64,000 bases of DNA. Origin: Blepharisma stoltei ATCC 30299 (taxonomy: Eukaryota > Protista > Ciliophora). Made by a program: the position numbers and the translations under genes. Shown here one piece after another: positions 26,770 through 36,803 of the stretch. Positions within the stretch are counted from its first letter, which is position 1. Each line of letters opens with the position of its first letter. The notes under the pieces were generated by a model. It ran no database searches. It was not told the origin of the DNA and worked only from the letters and a program-made list of their open reading frames with translations. The stretch is taken from the NCBI GenBank assembly GCA_965603825.1, contig CBFDEM010000040.1:310001-374000 (forward strand), in the 5' to 3' direction.

Positions 26770-27567
26770 ATGGATGAGAGATCACCCCTAGTCCAAAATC
26801 CAAACCGTAGTCCTAACCAATCTCAAGGAATAGTCAGAGAAAACCTTTACCACACAATTAGGCGAGTAGAATATTCATCATATCTATTAATGACATTTCG
26901 ACTATCAGTCAGCACTGTAAAAATCATCTCAAGCGGCATAGTTCTCTCATTTTTTGCAGCTTCCTGCAACGCTCCTCTCGCTTTTTGGGTTGCTATAAGT
27001 CTTTTGCTGGATATTTGGTATGTGATTATGCTCTTTTTTAGAATTCCACATGTAAAAAGTGTCCGTGACGGAGGAGAAATAAACGAAGGAATATTCTTAT
27101 CAGCATTATTTAAGCTCCAAACATTTGCATACCTTGGCTGGCTGATTCCTGGAAATATTTGGTATTGGAGTTGTAAAGATTGCTATGATGATGCACCAGT
27201 CCTCACAGCTCTAGTTTTTGCACTTCTTATATTAGGGTATTGCTATTTGATGATACCGACGATGCTTTTGCTGTGCTTATGCGCATGCTTGCCAGTAGCT
27301 ATTATATTTTTGATGTTTATTTCGAACACCTCACAGTTGCCTGCAACTGAAGGGATGATAAAAGATCTGAAATCAGTAGAATATGACCCTGTGGTCAACC
27401 AAGGAGATAGTTCCTGCTCTATTTGTGCAGTGGAGTATTCTGAAAAGGATAAAATTATTGTGATGGAGTGTGACCCAAGGCACTTTTTCCATGAAGAATG
27501 CATAAAGAGGTGGCTTAGAATAAACTCAAATTGCCCTATTTGCAGAACCCCGTTTTTGATGGATTAA
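26770..27567 (+). CDS. Transmembrane RING-H2 E3 ubiquitin ligase
   Basis: CSIC...CDPRHFFHEECIKRWLRINSNCPICR after several TM segments. Confidence 0.92.
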   Translation: MDERSPLVQNPNRSPNQSQGIVRENLYHTIRRVEYSSYLLMTFRLSVSTVKIISSGIVLSFFAASCNAPLAFWVAISLLLDIWYVIMLFFRIPHVKSVRDGGEINEGIFLSALFKLQTFAYLGWLIPGNIWYWSCKDCYDDAPVLTALVFALLILGYCYLMIPTMLLLCLCACLPVAIIFLMFISNTSQLPATEGMIKDLKSVEYDPVVNQGDSSCSICAVEYSEKDKIIVMECDPRHFFHEECIKRWLRINSNCPICRTPFLMD

Positions 27568-27659
27568 GTATAATCTTACTGCATGAATGTAAATAGCATA
27601 ATTGCCTTAATTTATTATAAGGTTTCTTTATTTTTTCTTAACTTATTAGCTTATGAAGC

Positions 27660-28115
27660 TTAATATGCTCTTGAGCTATCAATATCTTTTCTCTTAAGTG
27701 CATCTTCCAGAAATCCATGCATATTTTCTGTGAACTTATATTTCTTCACCTTCTCATCACTAAACTTCCATTTAAGTCCATTATCCTCAAAGCCTAGCAA
27801 TTTATAATATGATCCTTTGAATCCAATATACCATCCGAAGAACATCATTGTTGTCCACACTATGGTGAAAGCTCTTCTTCTATTTAATGGGAAACTTTTC
27901 AAATTCGCAGTCATTGCATACCCTAGCACCGCTCCAAAAGGAATTGAATAGAAGAATGGAATGTATTCGGGAAGTCTCATGTTTGCAATCACATCTCTAA
28001 AGAATGGAGACTCAATAATAATAGGATATGGCGGCCTTTCTCCAGGCTCATACAAATGCTTCATCTTTCCGACCTGCACAAGTCTCTTGAAAAGGTAATA
28101 CTTGTCGTCGCCCAT
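27660..28115 (-). CDS. Mitochondrial complex I accessory subunit, NUXM/NDUX1-like
   Basis: YPIIIESPFFRDVIANMR...two TMs...SYYKLLGFEDN matches the remembered NUXM pattern. Confidence 0.65.
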   Translation of the reverse strand: MGDDKYYLFKRLVQVGKMKHLYEPGERPPYPIIIESPFFRDVIANMRLPEYIPFFYSIPFGAVLGYAMTANLKSFPLNRRRAFTIVWTTMMFFGWYIGFKGSYYKLLGFEDNGLKWKFSDEKVKKYKFTENMHGFLEDALKRKDIDSSRAY

Positions 28116-28137
28116 ATTTATAAGACTTAATATTAAA

Positions 28138-30324
28138 ATGAAGCCTGGAGAGGATTTCGCCGGCAGCTTTTATAGCAGTCTCAGATCAATTGTAACCTTG
28201 ACTGACAACCTCAGAGACGCTGGGCTGCAGAAGTATATTCGTCTCCCTCGCATTGTGACACTTGGAATTCAGAGCAGTGGGAAGAGCTCGGTGCTAGAGT
28301 CTATAGTAGGCTTGAATTTTCTACCGAGAAGTGAAGGCATATGTACGAGATGTCCGCTTGAGCTGAGGCTGGTACATACTGAAAATGAAACAAAGCCATG
28401 GGCTGAATTTGATGGAGTGCAGGAAAAGTTCACTGATTTTGGAAAAGTGAAAGATATGATCCTGACGATGACTGAAAAGAAAGCAGGGAGAAATAAAGGA
28501 ATTGTGGATGATCCTATTGTATTGACTATTCATTCTAGCACTTGTCCTGATTTAACACTTATTGACTTGCCGGGAATCACTAGAATACCGCTTGCTGGAA
28601 GTGACCATCCGCCTGATATTGAAAGAATTACTAAGGAGATGTGCTTCAGATATATTTCTGATCCAAGAACAATTATATTATGTTTATGTCCAGCGAATAC
28701 TGATTTAAGTACTTCTGAGTCTTTGCTGATGGCTAAGAAAGTTGATAAGGCTGGCATTAGAACTATTGGAGTCATTACAAAAATTGATATTATGGACAGA
28801 GGGACAAATGCAAAAAAAATCCTTCTTGGAGAAGAAATACCTTTAAGGCTTGGCTATGTAGGAGTCAAAAATAGATCACAGGAAGATATTAATAACAATG
28901 TCAAGGTAGAAAATGCATTAAATGAAGAAAAACAGTTTTTCGCCTCACACCCAGTTTACTCCACAATCTCACAAGGCTACCTCGGGACTGAAGTTTTAAC
29001 TCAAAAACTTACTCATGTGATGTTTAACCATATTAAAGGGTTTTTGCCTGAAATTATGAGGGAAACTATGCATAGAATAAAAGAATGCGACGACAAATTG
29101 AAAGAACTTGGCCCAAGCACCCCTGAAGAGCCCCGCCAAAAGGTTCAGCTGCTTTGGAATATGGTCACCGATTTTTGTGAAATTTTCAAAAATACTATAA
29201 GAGGGAAATATGATAGAAAGCTATCATCGAGGATAACTAAAGATTTAGCAGGAGGGGCTACAATTAAGGGTTACTTTAATTCCCTGCTCTCTGAATTTTC
29301 AGGAATAAATTATAAAGTGACTGAATCATATACCAACGAAGATATTCAGCATGCAATGGCTTCTCATGAAGGAGACAGTATACCCGGCTTCCCATCAGTT
29401 GATGTATTTATTTTCTTACTTCAGCCTCAGCTAGAAAAACTACGAGAGCCCGTCCTTGACTGCTTAATGAACGTCCACTCCTATCTCGAACAGCTTGCCC
29501 ACAAATTAATCGAAAGAATTTTCTTCAGGTTCCCGTCGTTGTCTACAGAAATTTCAGATCTTGCTTCTCATGTATTATTAAAAGAGCGCGAAGAGTGCAG
29601 AGAAATAGTAGAGAAAATGATAGATTCTGAAGAGACTTACGTGTTTACTAATGATCTTGATTACTTAACATCTAGAACTGACATTGTGCCGAAGTCAGAT
29701 GGAAAACCAAAAAGCTCAGAAAATTTGTTTGTAGATGAAATAAGAAACAGAATTGACAGCTATTTTCGGCTTGTCATAAGGACTGTCAGGGATAGCGTTC
29801 CTAAAGCTATTGGGACGTTTTTGGTGAGGTCTGTAATGGATAAAATGCAGATGGAATTATATGAAAGAATAAATATGACTGAATCAATTATCGCAAAAGT
29901 AAGCGAGCCTGCACATATTTCAGCTGAAAGAAGTATGCTTAAGAACCAGCTGGAAACTTTGAGAAAAGCAGAGAAAATTATGAAGCATGACCCTGAATTA
30001 GCGAACCAGGCTGATTCTTTTGCTGAAGAAATCCGGAAGCAGGATGATGAGCTAAAGGCTGCTGCAGAAGAGAGGAAAAAGAGAGAAGAGGAGAAAAAGA
30101 AAAAAGATGAGGAGAAAGCTAAAAAAGAAGAAGAGAAAGTAAGAAAAGATGAATTAGATAGCCAAGAAAAAGCTAAAAGAACTGCTGAAGTAGTTAAACA
30201 AGAAGAAGTCTCAAAGCAGCCAGAATTAGTTCCATCGAAGACTGATAGTGGCAAGTCTTCTTCAAGTTCTCTCTTCGGGGATTTTAGGAGACCTACAAAG
30301 AAAACAGACCAATCTCTATTTTAA
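28138..30324 (+). CDS. Dynamin-related GTPase
   Basis: GIQSSGKS, DLPG, TKID motifs; middle domain and GED; first ATG at 28138. Confidence 0.95.
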   Translation: MKPGEDFAGSFYSSLRSIVTLTDNLRDAGLQKYIRLPRIVTLGIQSSGKSSVLESIVGLNFLPRSEGICTRCPLELRLVHTENETKPWAEFDGVQEKFTDFGKVKDMILTMTEKKAGRNKGIVDDPIVLTIHSSTCPDLTLIDLPGITRIPLAGSDHPPDIERITKEMCFRYISDPRTIILCLCPANTDLSTSESLLMAKKVDKAGIRTIGVITKIDIMDRGTNAKKILLGEEIPLRLGYVGVKNRSQEDINNNVKVENALNEEKQFFASHPVYSTISQGYLGTEVLTQKLTHVMFNHIKGFLPEIMRETMHRIKECDDKLKELGPSTPEEPRQKVQLLWNMVTDFCEIFKNTIRGKYDRKLSSRITKDLAGGATIKGYFNSLLSEFSGINYKVTESYTNEDIQHAMASHEGDSIPGFPSVDVFIFLLQPQLEKLREPVLDCLMNVHSYLEQLAHKLIERIFFRFPSLSTEISDLASHVLLKEREECREIVEKMIDSEETYVFTNDLDYLTSRTDIVPKSDGKPKSSENLFVDEIRNRIDSYFRLVIRTVRDSVPKAIGTFLVRSVMDKMQMELYERINMTESIIAKVSEPAHISAERSMLKNQLETLRKAEKIMKHDPELANQADSFAEEIRKQDDELKAAAEERKKREEEKKKKDEEKAKKEEEKVRKDELDSQEKAKRTAEVVKQEEVSKQPELVPSKTDSGKSSSSSLFGDFRRPTKKTDQSLF

Positions 30325-30437
30325 TGAAATCTTGATTCTACTAATTTATAATTCAAATAATGAACTTCTGGAGAAAAGAATTATAAATAAGCCCTTGCTT
30401 TTTGATATTAAAAATGAAAGTTTCTTATAATAGATAA

Positions 30438-30845
30438 ATGAAGAGTCTTGCAATAAATAGCAAATCTTTGCCAAAACAATGACTAGAAGAAGAGCAGCAT
30501 CGACTAAAAGACGAAATCTCAAAGCTTCAAGGCTTGATACAGCAGCATAATCAACTTTTCAAACAAGCTACATCTCCAGAGCCGCATCCAAGCTCAAAGC
30601 GCAAAAATAAGGTAGAAAAAGCTGATGAGAGTCCTGCTGTACAAGTCCGAAAAATGCCTAAACGAGCAGCTACTGAGAAAAAGAAATCAGATGATTTTTT
30701 AATTCCTGTTGCTTTGGCACTTCGCTATGATTCTGCTTATCAAAGAGGATCCAAGAAAAAGTTTCCTAGAAAGAGAGGAAGGCCAAAGTCAATTTCAGTT
30801 CCAGATAAAGCACAAACAAAAATATCCTTTAAAAGAAAGACTTAA
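30438..30845 (+). CDS. Small basic protein with coiled coil and AT-hook
   Basis: ATG at 30438 in frame through a TGA; RKRGRPK AT-hook. Confidence 0.7.
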
Positions 30846-31030
30846 ATTGAAATTATTAATTGAATGGATTTTGCAGATTACCGCGGACATAAAATTTTTA
30901 TAAGCTATCTATTTTTATTCTAATTAACTAACATAATTGAAATTTGATTCCAAATCAAGAATATAGCATTAATAGATCGTTGATAATATGAATGCTGCAT
31001 TTACAGCTAAAAAATTATTTTATGAGCGGA

Positions 31031-31699
31031 TTAATTTGCTCCTCTCCACTGCTCCATTCGCTCTTTTATTTCTAAAAACTTTGTTCTCCTTTCATTAATT
31101 TGTTTGGGAAAATTATTTTTCTTTATTTTTGAATTTATTTCTTGCTTCTTCTTATCTTGTCCTTGGTTTGAAGCAATTCTATTATTTGTTTTTGTATCTT
31201 GGGTCTTTATTTCAACCTTCTTTTCAAGCATTTGAGCTATTTTATTTATTGGCTTTTTGTTTGTGTTTATAGAAGAAGTTATCACACTTCTATTATTATC
31301 AGAGATTTTAGCTTTTTTTGATATTTGTGTATTTGGCTGAAGTTTAGCTGGAGGTCTCTTTACTGGTAAATCCACCGATTTAACTTCAGATGGTAATTTA
31401 TATGGTGTATGAGACAAAGATATGGGCTCTAAATTTCCAAGAATTATTACTTCTCCAGGGCCTTCCACTGTTAGAATTGCAGGAACGAGAGTATTAAAAC
31501 AAAGATCAGTTTTTAAAAATCTTTTAGAAGGACCTAAGTTTGCAATCGGATATTTTGAGAAATCAATGCTTACAAACACATTTGTAGATGAGCTTTGACT
31601 GTCTAATGACAACTTGGTTATATGGAGCAGTTCTCCTCTTGCTGTCTCATTTTCTATGCTATAAGATTTATTAGCTGAAATTGTAATTGATCATATCAT
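31031..31699 (-). CDS. Nucleoplasmin-like (NPL) domain protein with basic tail
   Basis: Starts MIW(TGA)SITISANKSY...LLHITKLSLD...LTVEGPGEVIILGNL, as in FKBP39/HD2-type NPL domains. Confidence 0.7.
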
Positions 31700-31999
31700 T
31701 TTTTATATTATCACTATTACTTAAATGATACTTGAGAGATTTAAGCAGACTTTTAAAACCAGAGAGTCTAAATATATGATATATTAGAAGATTTTTAGAT
31801 GGCTATAAATACTTATTTCGAAGTGCTAGCAAAGACAAAATGCAAACTTGAGATGATTTTTAATATTTTATTTTTATATTAACAAATATATTGCATTAAA
31901 TCAATTTATTTAAATTAGCTAACCGTGAACTATTACGAAAAAGCGCTCACATAAACCCCTTAAGCAATAAATTAAATTCTTTAAATAAACCATCAAAAA

Positions 32000-33040
32000 A
32001 TGGTGAAGAAATTCTTGGTGATATTAATTGTCCTTTGCTCAGCTTACAGCTTAGATTGCCTTACTAGCTCAGGAAATATAGCCCCTTGGTGGACAATTAT
32101 AAAACTCCCTAAGAGCACTGCAACTTCACCAATTCCAGGAAAATCTTATATGTACCTTGACGATAAAGTCACAACACCAACAGTTGGCGCTCTTCCTATT
32201 AACGATACCAGTGCTTTATTTACGACTTTAAAGCAATTGAACGCTGATACCTCAATCTCTTATTTGCTTTATAAGTAAGCATTATTTAGCGATGAACCTC
32301 CAACTGTCGCTCAGCTCCGTGGAAGTACATATGCTCATGCAAAAGGTGTTTTGGCTTATAAAGGATCAGAAGGAATCTACATTATTCATTCCACTCCAAA
32401 GTTTCCTGTTTTGGATTCTTCAAATAACATAATTCTGGATATTGCTGATACCCAGATTATTTATGGGCAAAATTTCATGTGTGTCAAGTTGACTTCAAGC
32501 CAAGTATTTGAAATCGCTGGACTGATGACACTTAATCGTCCTCAAGTTTACTATTCAAGAATAGTCACTTCTAATGCAAACATAACGGCTCTTGCCTCGA
32601 ATAAAGCATCATCTCTTACAATTAGCAAAGGATCGATGAAGTTTAAGTAATTTTTATTTAGCAGCGGAAGCTTCCAGTTTACTTACTTCGCAAAAACAGC
32701 TGCCAGCGGACTAGATCTATGGGAAAATGTGCTTTCACCCTACTTTGCGAGTGGATTTAGAGCAGAAACCTGGGGGAGGCCATATCAGCCTTCTTATTGT
32801 ACTCCATCATATGAATATGATGAATTAAATATTTTGACAATTGCAATTGGCAAATATAGTTGGAAAAATACCAATGATCACTCAAAGTGGGGTATCTCAC
32901 TTGTTGGAACTCAAGTTTGCTATGCAGATATTAACAGAATGGATAGTCAGAAATCAAGAGGAGGCGGTGCAATTTGTATTGATTATTATCCTCTTTTTAG
33001 CGCGCACTTGAGTATAATCGCTACTCAAGATAAATGCTAA
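32000..33040 (+). CDS. DNASE2: Deoxyribonuclease II (introns 32275-32289, 32647-32661)
   Basis: Signal peptide; splicing restores YNDEPP; HAKG, HSTPKFP, YGQNFMC, DHSKW, DINRMDSQKSRGGGAIC. Confidence 0.95.
32275..32289 (+). other. Representative 15-nt spliceosomal intron GTAAGCATTATTTAG
   Basis: Removal restores the DNase II YNDEPP motif; one of 15 such introns found in the window. Confidence 0.92.
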
Positions 33041-33620
33041 ATCTTGATTTAATTATCTTCTCTATCATTTCTCATTATTTTATTATAAAATTATTTATAG
33101 CTAACCTTAGTTATGATCTTTTAATCATCTGCCAATACTGTTTTTAATTTAATTTATTTAAAATACAATATTTGTGTAACAACTAGAAATTAAAAATTTT
33201 TAATCTTTAAGTATTATGAGGCAACATACTTAAAAAATTGAGCTTTTTCTTTGAGATCTTTAAACCAATAAAGAATTCTGATTCAGCTCAGCTTAATAAA
33301 TAATGCAAGCGAGATTGATTAATTGATTAACGTTAACTTATGATTACAAAAAATAAGGAAAGCAACTATAGAAAACATACTTATTGTAAAATTATGAAAT
33401 CCCTCGAATCTTAAAATCAGTTTAGTTTTTTTCAAAGAATTATTAATTTATTATCATCTCAAACATTAAGAATGATAATATATAACTAGGTTTCGTAATG
33501 GCTATCATTTTTAAAACTAACCAGCAAAACTCTCAATTGCTAATTTAATTATAAAATTTAAGGTTATTCTATGGAATTGATTTTCCATGTTTACAATTAA
33601 TAATATTTATTTTTAAAGTC

Positions 33621-34190
33621 ATGGATAGAGGAGAATAGTATGCTAAAATTAGTGACTTTTTATTAAAAATTGTACTGCTAGGATATAAAAGTTCTGGAAG
33701 ATCTAATATTCTACGCAGATATACTGATGAAGCTTTTGAAGAAAAAGAGCAAAGATATAATTATGATTTTGTAAGTTTCATGAAGAAAATTGAAAGCAAA
33801 GTAATACAAGGAAAATTTTTGAGGCTTCAGATATGAGACACCAGCGGTACAGATAGATCCATACCGTTACATAGGGCTTATTTTAAATCAGCGAACGGTT
33901 TTGCAATTATAATAGATTTAACAAACCCTAACTCATTTGATAGTGCATTATATTGAAAAAGCGAAATTGATAATTATTTTTTAGGTAAAAGTCCAGAAAT
34001 TATATTAATTGGAAATAAAGCAGATCTTGAAAATCAGAGATTTTTCACATTTGAAGAAGCCAAAAAGCTTGCAGATAGTTTAGAAATGTTTTATATTGAA
34101 GTATCAGCAAAGACGTACTGAAATATTGAAAATTCATTTGAAATTTTGCTTAGAAAAATCATACACAGATACTCTAAGAAGGCAAATTAA
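33621..34190 (+). CDS. Atypical Rab-like GTPase, copy A (introns 33638-33652 and probably 33771-33785)
   Basis: Not in the ORF track; spliced [23 protein letters not shown]...DFKI..LQIWDTSG..GNKAD..EVSAK; no C-terminal Cys. Confidence 0.85.
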
Positions 34191-34637
34191 TCTTATTATT
34201 AAATTATTTAGTAGCATATAGATACGATACATCAAAATAACAACTTTTAGCCTTCGAGTAATAGAAATAATCTATATAGCTTAATAATTAAAATAAAATA
34301 AAGAATATCATGTTAAGATTATAGACATGGAAGTTTGAAAGATTGATACAATGCTCAATATATTTTAAGCTTTTTTATATTAAAGAGTAATATTATTTAT
34401 ATTATAGTTTTAAAAAAGCTTAAAATTGAGGAATTTTATTGACTCTAAAAATTTACATGCTGTGCTTAATAAAATCATTTTCCAGCAATGCCATACCCTT
34501 AATCTTGCTTAGCGGAAATCATCTATTTTTTCTCATCAAGCTATAGAAAAATAGAGAAATCCTTGATAAAAAATTTCGCATAGTATAACTGTTGTATGAA
34601 ATCAATTAGTTTATTTTTATTGGGAATTTATCTAAAC

Positions 34638-35053
34638 TTAACTGAAAGCGTCACTAAATTTATTCTTTTTCAAGATTCTTTCGTTTTCCTTTTTGGTGTA
34701 ATCAATGTGCTTCAACAAGTCATTCATATAGATTTTGGCTGAATTTATAGGAGACTAAATGCGAGTATTGAGGCTACCTTTTAATCCCATTTTATTCACT
34801 GCCTCAAGAACGTCTCTTCCCATATACTTTGCTTAAGGAATCTCTGCGTGTAGAACACATTAGAGTCGTCTGGACTGGTATGAGTATTTCCTTGAATAGT
34901 AACATTATAATCATTTTCTGGATATAGAGTTCTTGGGATGAATCTTGATCTTTTATAGTAAGGAATAGGCCATTGGTTGGCATAAATGACACGCAATTGA
35001 CTAGAGCGAGTATTGCTATACTAAGGATCACTTCCTCCAGTAAAAAATCTTCT
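34638..35053 (-). pseudogene. 5'-truncated pseudogene copy of the ATPTT13-like gene
   Basis: Versus 36272-36727: start and N-terminus missing, TGG>TAG at 35021-35023, 1-nt deletion near 34820, GAG>TAG at 34755-34757. Confidence 0.9.
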
Positions 35054-35301
35054 GATGCATTCAACTATTGTAAAATATGAAATCCCTCAAACTTCAAAAT
35101 CAGTAATTTATTATTATTGTCATAACATTAAGAATGATAATAAATAACTAAGTTTCGTAATGATTGTCATTTTTAAAACTAAGAAGCAAAACTCTCAATT
35201 ACTAATTTAATAATAAAATTTAAGCTTAATCTATGGAATTGATCTTCCATGTTTAAGGATAATGAGAATTTCCACAATTAATAATATTTATTTGTTAAGT
35301 C

Positions 35302-35871
35302 ATGGATAGAGGAGAATAGTACGCTAAACTTAGTGACTTTTTATTAAAAATTATACTGCTAGGATATACAAGTTCTGGAAGATCTAATATTATACGCAGA
35401 TATACAGATGAAGCTTTTGAAGAAAACGAACTAGGATATAATTATGATTTTGTAAGTTTCATGAAGAAAATTAAAAACAAAGTAATACAAGGAAAATTTT
35501 TGAGGCTTCAGATATGAGACACCAGCGGTACAGATAGATTTATATCGTTACATAGGGCTTATTTTAAATCAGCGAACGGTTTTGCAATTATAATAGATTT
35601 AACAAACCCTAACTCATTTGATAGTGCATTATATTGAAAAAGCGAAATTGATAATTATTTTTTAGGTAAAAGTCCAGAAATTATATTAATTGGAAATAAA
35701 GCAGATCTTGAAAATCAGAGATTTTTCACATTTGAAGAAGCCAAAAAGCTTGCAGATAGTTTAGAAATGTTTTATATTGAAGTATCAGCAAAGACGTACT
35801 GAAATATTGAAAAATCTTTTGAAATTTTGCTTAGAAAAATTATACACAGATACTGTAAGAAGGCAAATTAA
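35302..35871 (+). CDS. Atypical Rab-like GTPase, copy B (introns 35319-35333 and probably 35452-35466)
   Basis: Paralogue of 33621-34190 with intact frame; P-loop GYTSSGRS; ends RYCKKAN. Confidence 0.85.
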
Positions 35872-36271
35872 TCTTATTATTAAATTATTTAGTAGCATAT
35901 AAATACGATGCATCAAAATAATAATTTTTAACCTTTTAGTAATAGCTTAATAATTAAAATAATAGATATGGAAGTTTGAAAAATTGATACAGTGCTCAAT
36001 TATTTTAAGTTTTTTATATTAAAGAGTAATATTATTTATATTATAGTTCAATAAAACTTAAAGTTGAGGAATTTTATTGACTCTAAAAATTTACATGTTG
36101 GGCTTAATAAAATCATTTTCCAGCAATGCCATACCCTTAATCTTAGCGGAAATCATCTATTTTTTCTCATCAAGCTATAGAAAAATAGAGAAATCCTTGA
36201 TAAAAAATTTCGCATAGTATAGCTGTTGTATGAAATCAATTAGTTTATTTTTATTGGGAATTTATCTAAAC

Positions 36272-36727
36272 TTAACTGAAAGCGTCACTAAATTTATTCT
36301 TCTTCAAGATTCTTTCGTTTTCCTTTTTGGTGTAATCAATGTGCTTCAACAAGTCATTCATATAGATTTTGGCTGAATTTATAGGAGACTCAATGCGAGT
36401 ATTGAGACTACCTTTTAATCCCATTTTATTCACTGCTTCAAGAACTTCTCTTCCCCACATACTTTGCTTAAGGAATCTCTGTGTGTAGAACACATTAGAG
36501 TCGTCTGGACTGGTATGAGTATTTCCTTGAATAGTAACATTATAATCATTTTCTGGATATAGAGTTCTTGGGACGACTCCTGATCTTTTATAGTAAGGAA
36601 TAGGCCATTGGTTGGTATGCATGACACGCAACTGACTAGAGTGAGTATTGTTATACCAAGGATCACTTCCCCCAGTAAAAAATCTTCTAAGTGGAAGTCT
36701 TAGAGATTTAAGATCCGCAGTCAACAT
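36272..36727 (-). CDS. Ciliate-type mitochondrial ATP synthase subunit, ATPTT13-like
   Basis: Arg/Leu-rich presequence; RVMHTNQWPIPYYKR, DDSNVFYTQRFLK..GREVL and AKIYMNDL..ID..KENERIL resemble Tetrahymena ATPTT13 as I recall it. Confidence 0.7.
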   Translation of the reverse strand: MLTADLKSLRLPLRRFFTGGSDPWYNNTHSSQLRVMHTNQWPIPYYKRSGVVPRTLYPENDYNVTIQGNTHTSPDDSNVFYTQRFLKQSMWGREVLEAVNKMGLKGSLNTRIESPINSAKIYMNDLLKHIDYTKKENERILKKNKFSDAFS

Positions 36728-36803
36728 TTTAAAATATATTAAAACTCAAATTATTATTTAAAGCAATAATTTTCTAAATTATTATTAGATATCATCTTCA
36801 GAT

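Larger units (their letters stand above)
33382..36688. repeat. Direct tandem duplication of ~1.65 kb (copy A ~33382-35053, copy B ~35066-36688)
   Basis: Near-identical coding and non-coding sequence at an offset of about 1635-1685 nt, with small indels. Confidence 0.95.

Noticed and set aside
28102-28137. Overlap between the dynamin and NUXM-like genes
   Set aside because: The ORF track used a non-ATG start; the first ATG is at 28138
29760-30254. Antisense 164-aa Ser/Phe-rich ORF and similar shadow ORFs (16615-17055, 21443-21724, 52875-53252)
   Set aside because: By-products of Lys/Glu-rich or repetitive coding sequence in another frame or strand
34796-35064. Two small independent genes
   Set aside because: Fragments of the frameshifted ATPTT13-like pseudogene
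33382-36688. Transposon or LTR element
   Set aside because: No transposase or RT, terminal repeats or target-site duplication; the content is host genes
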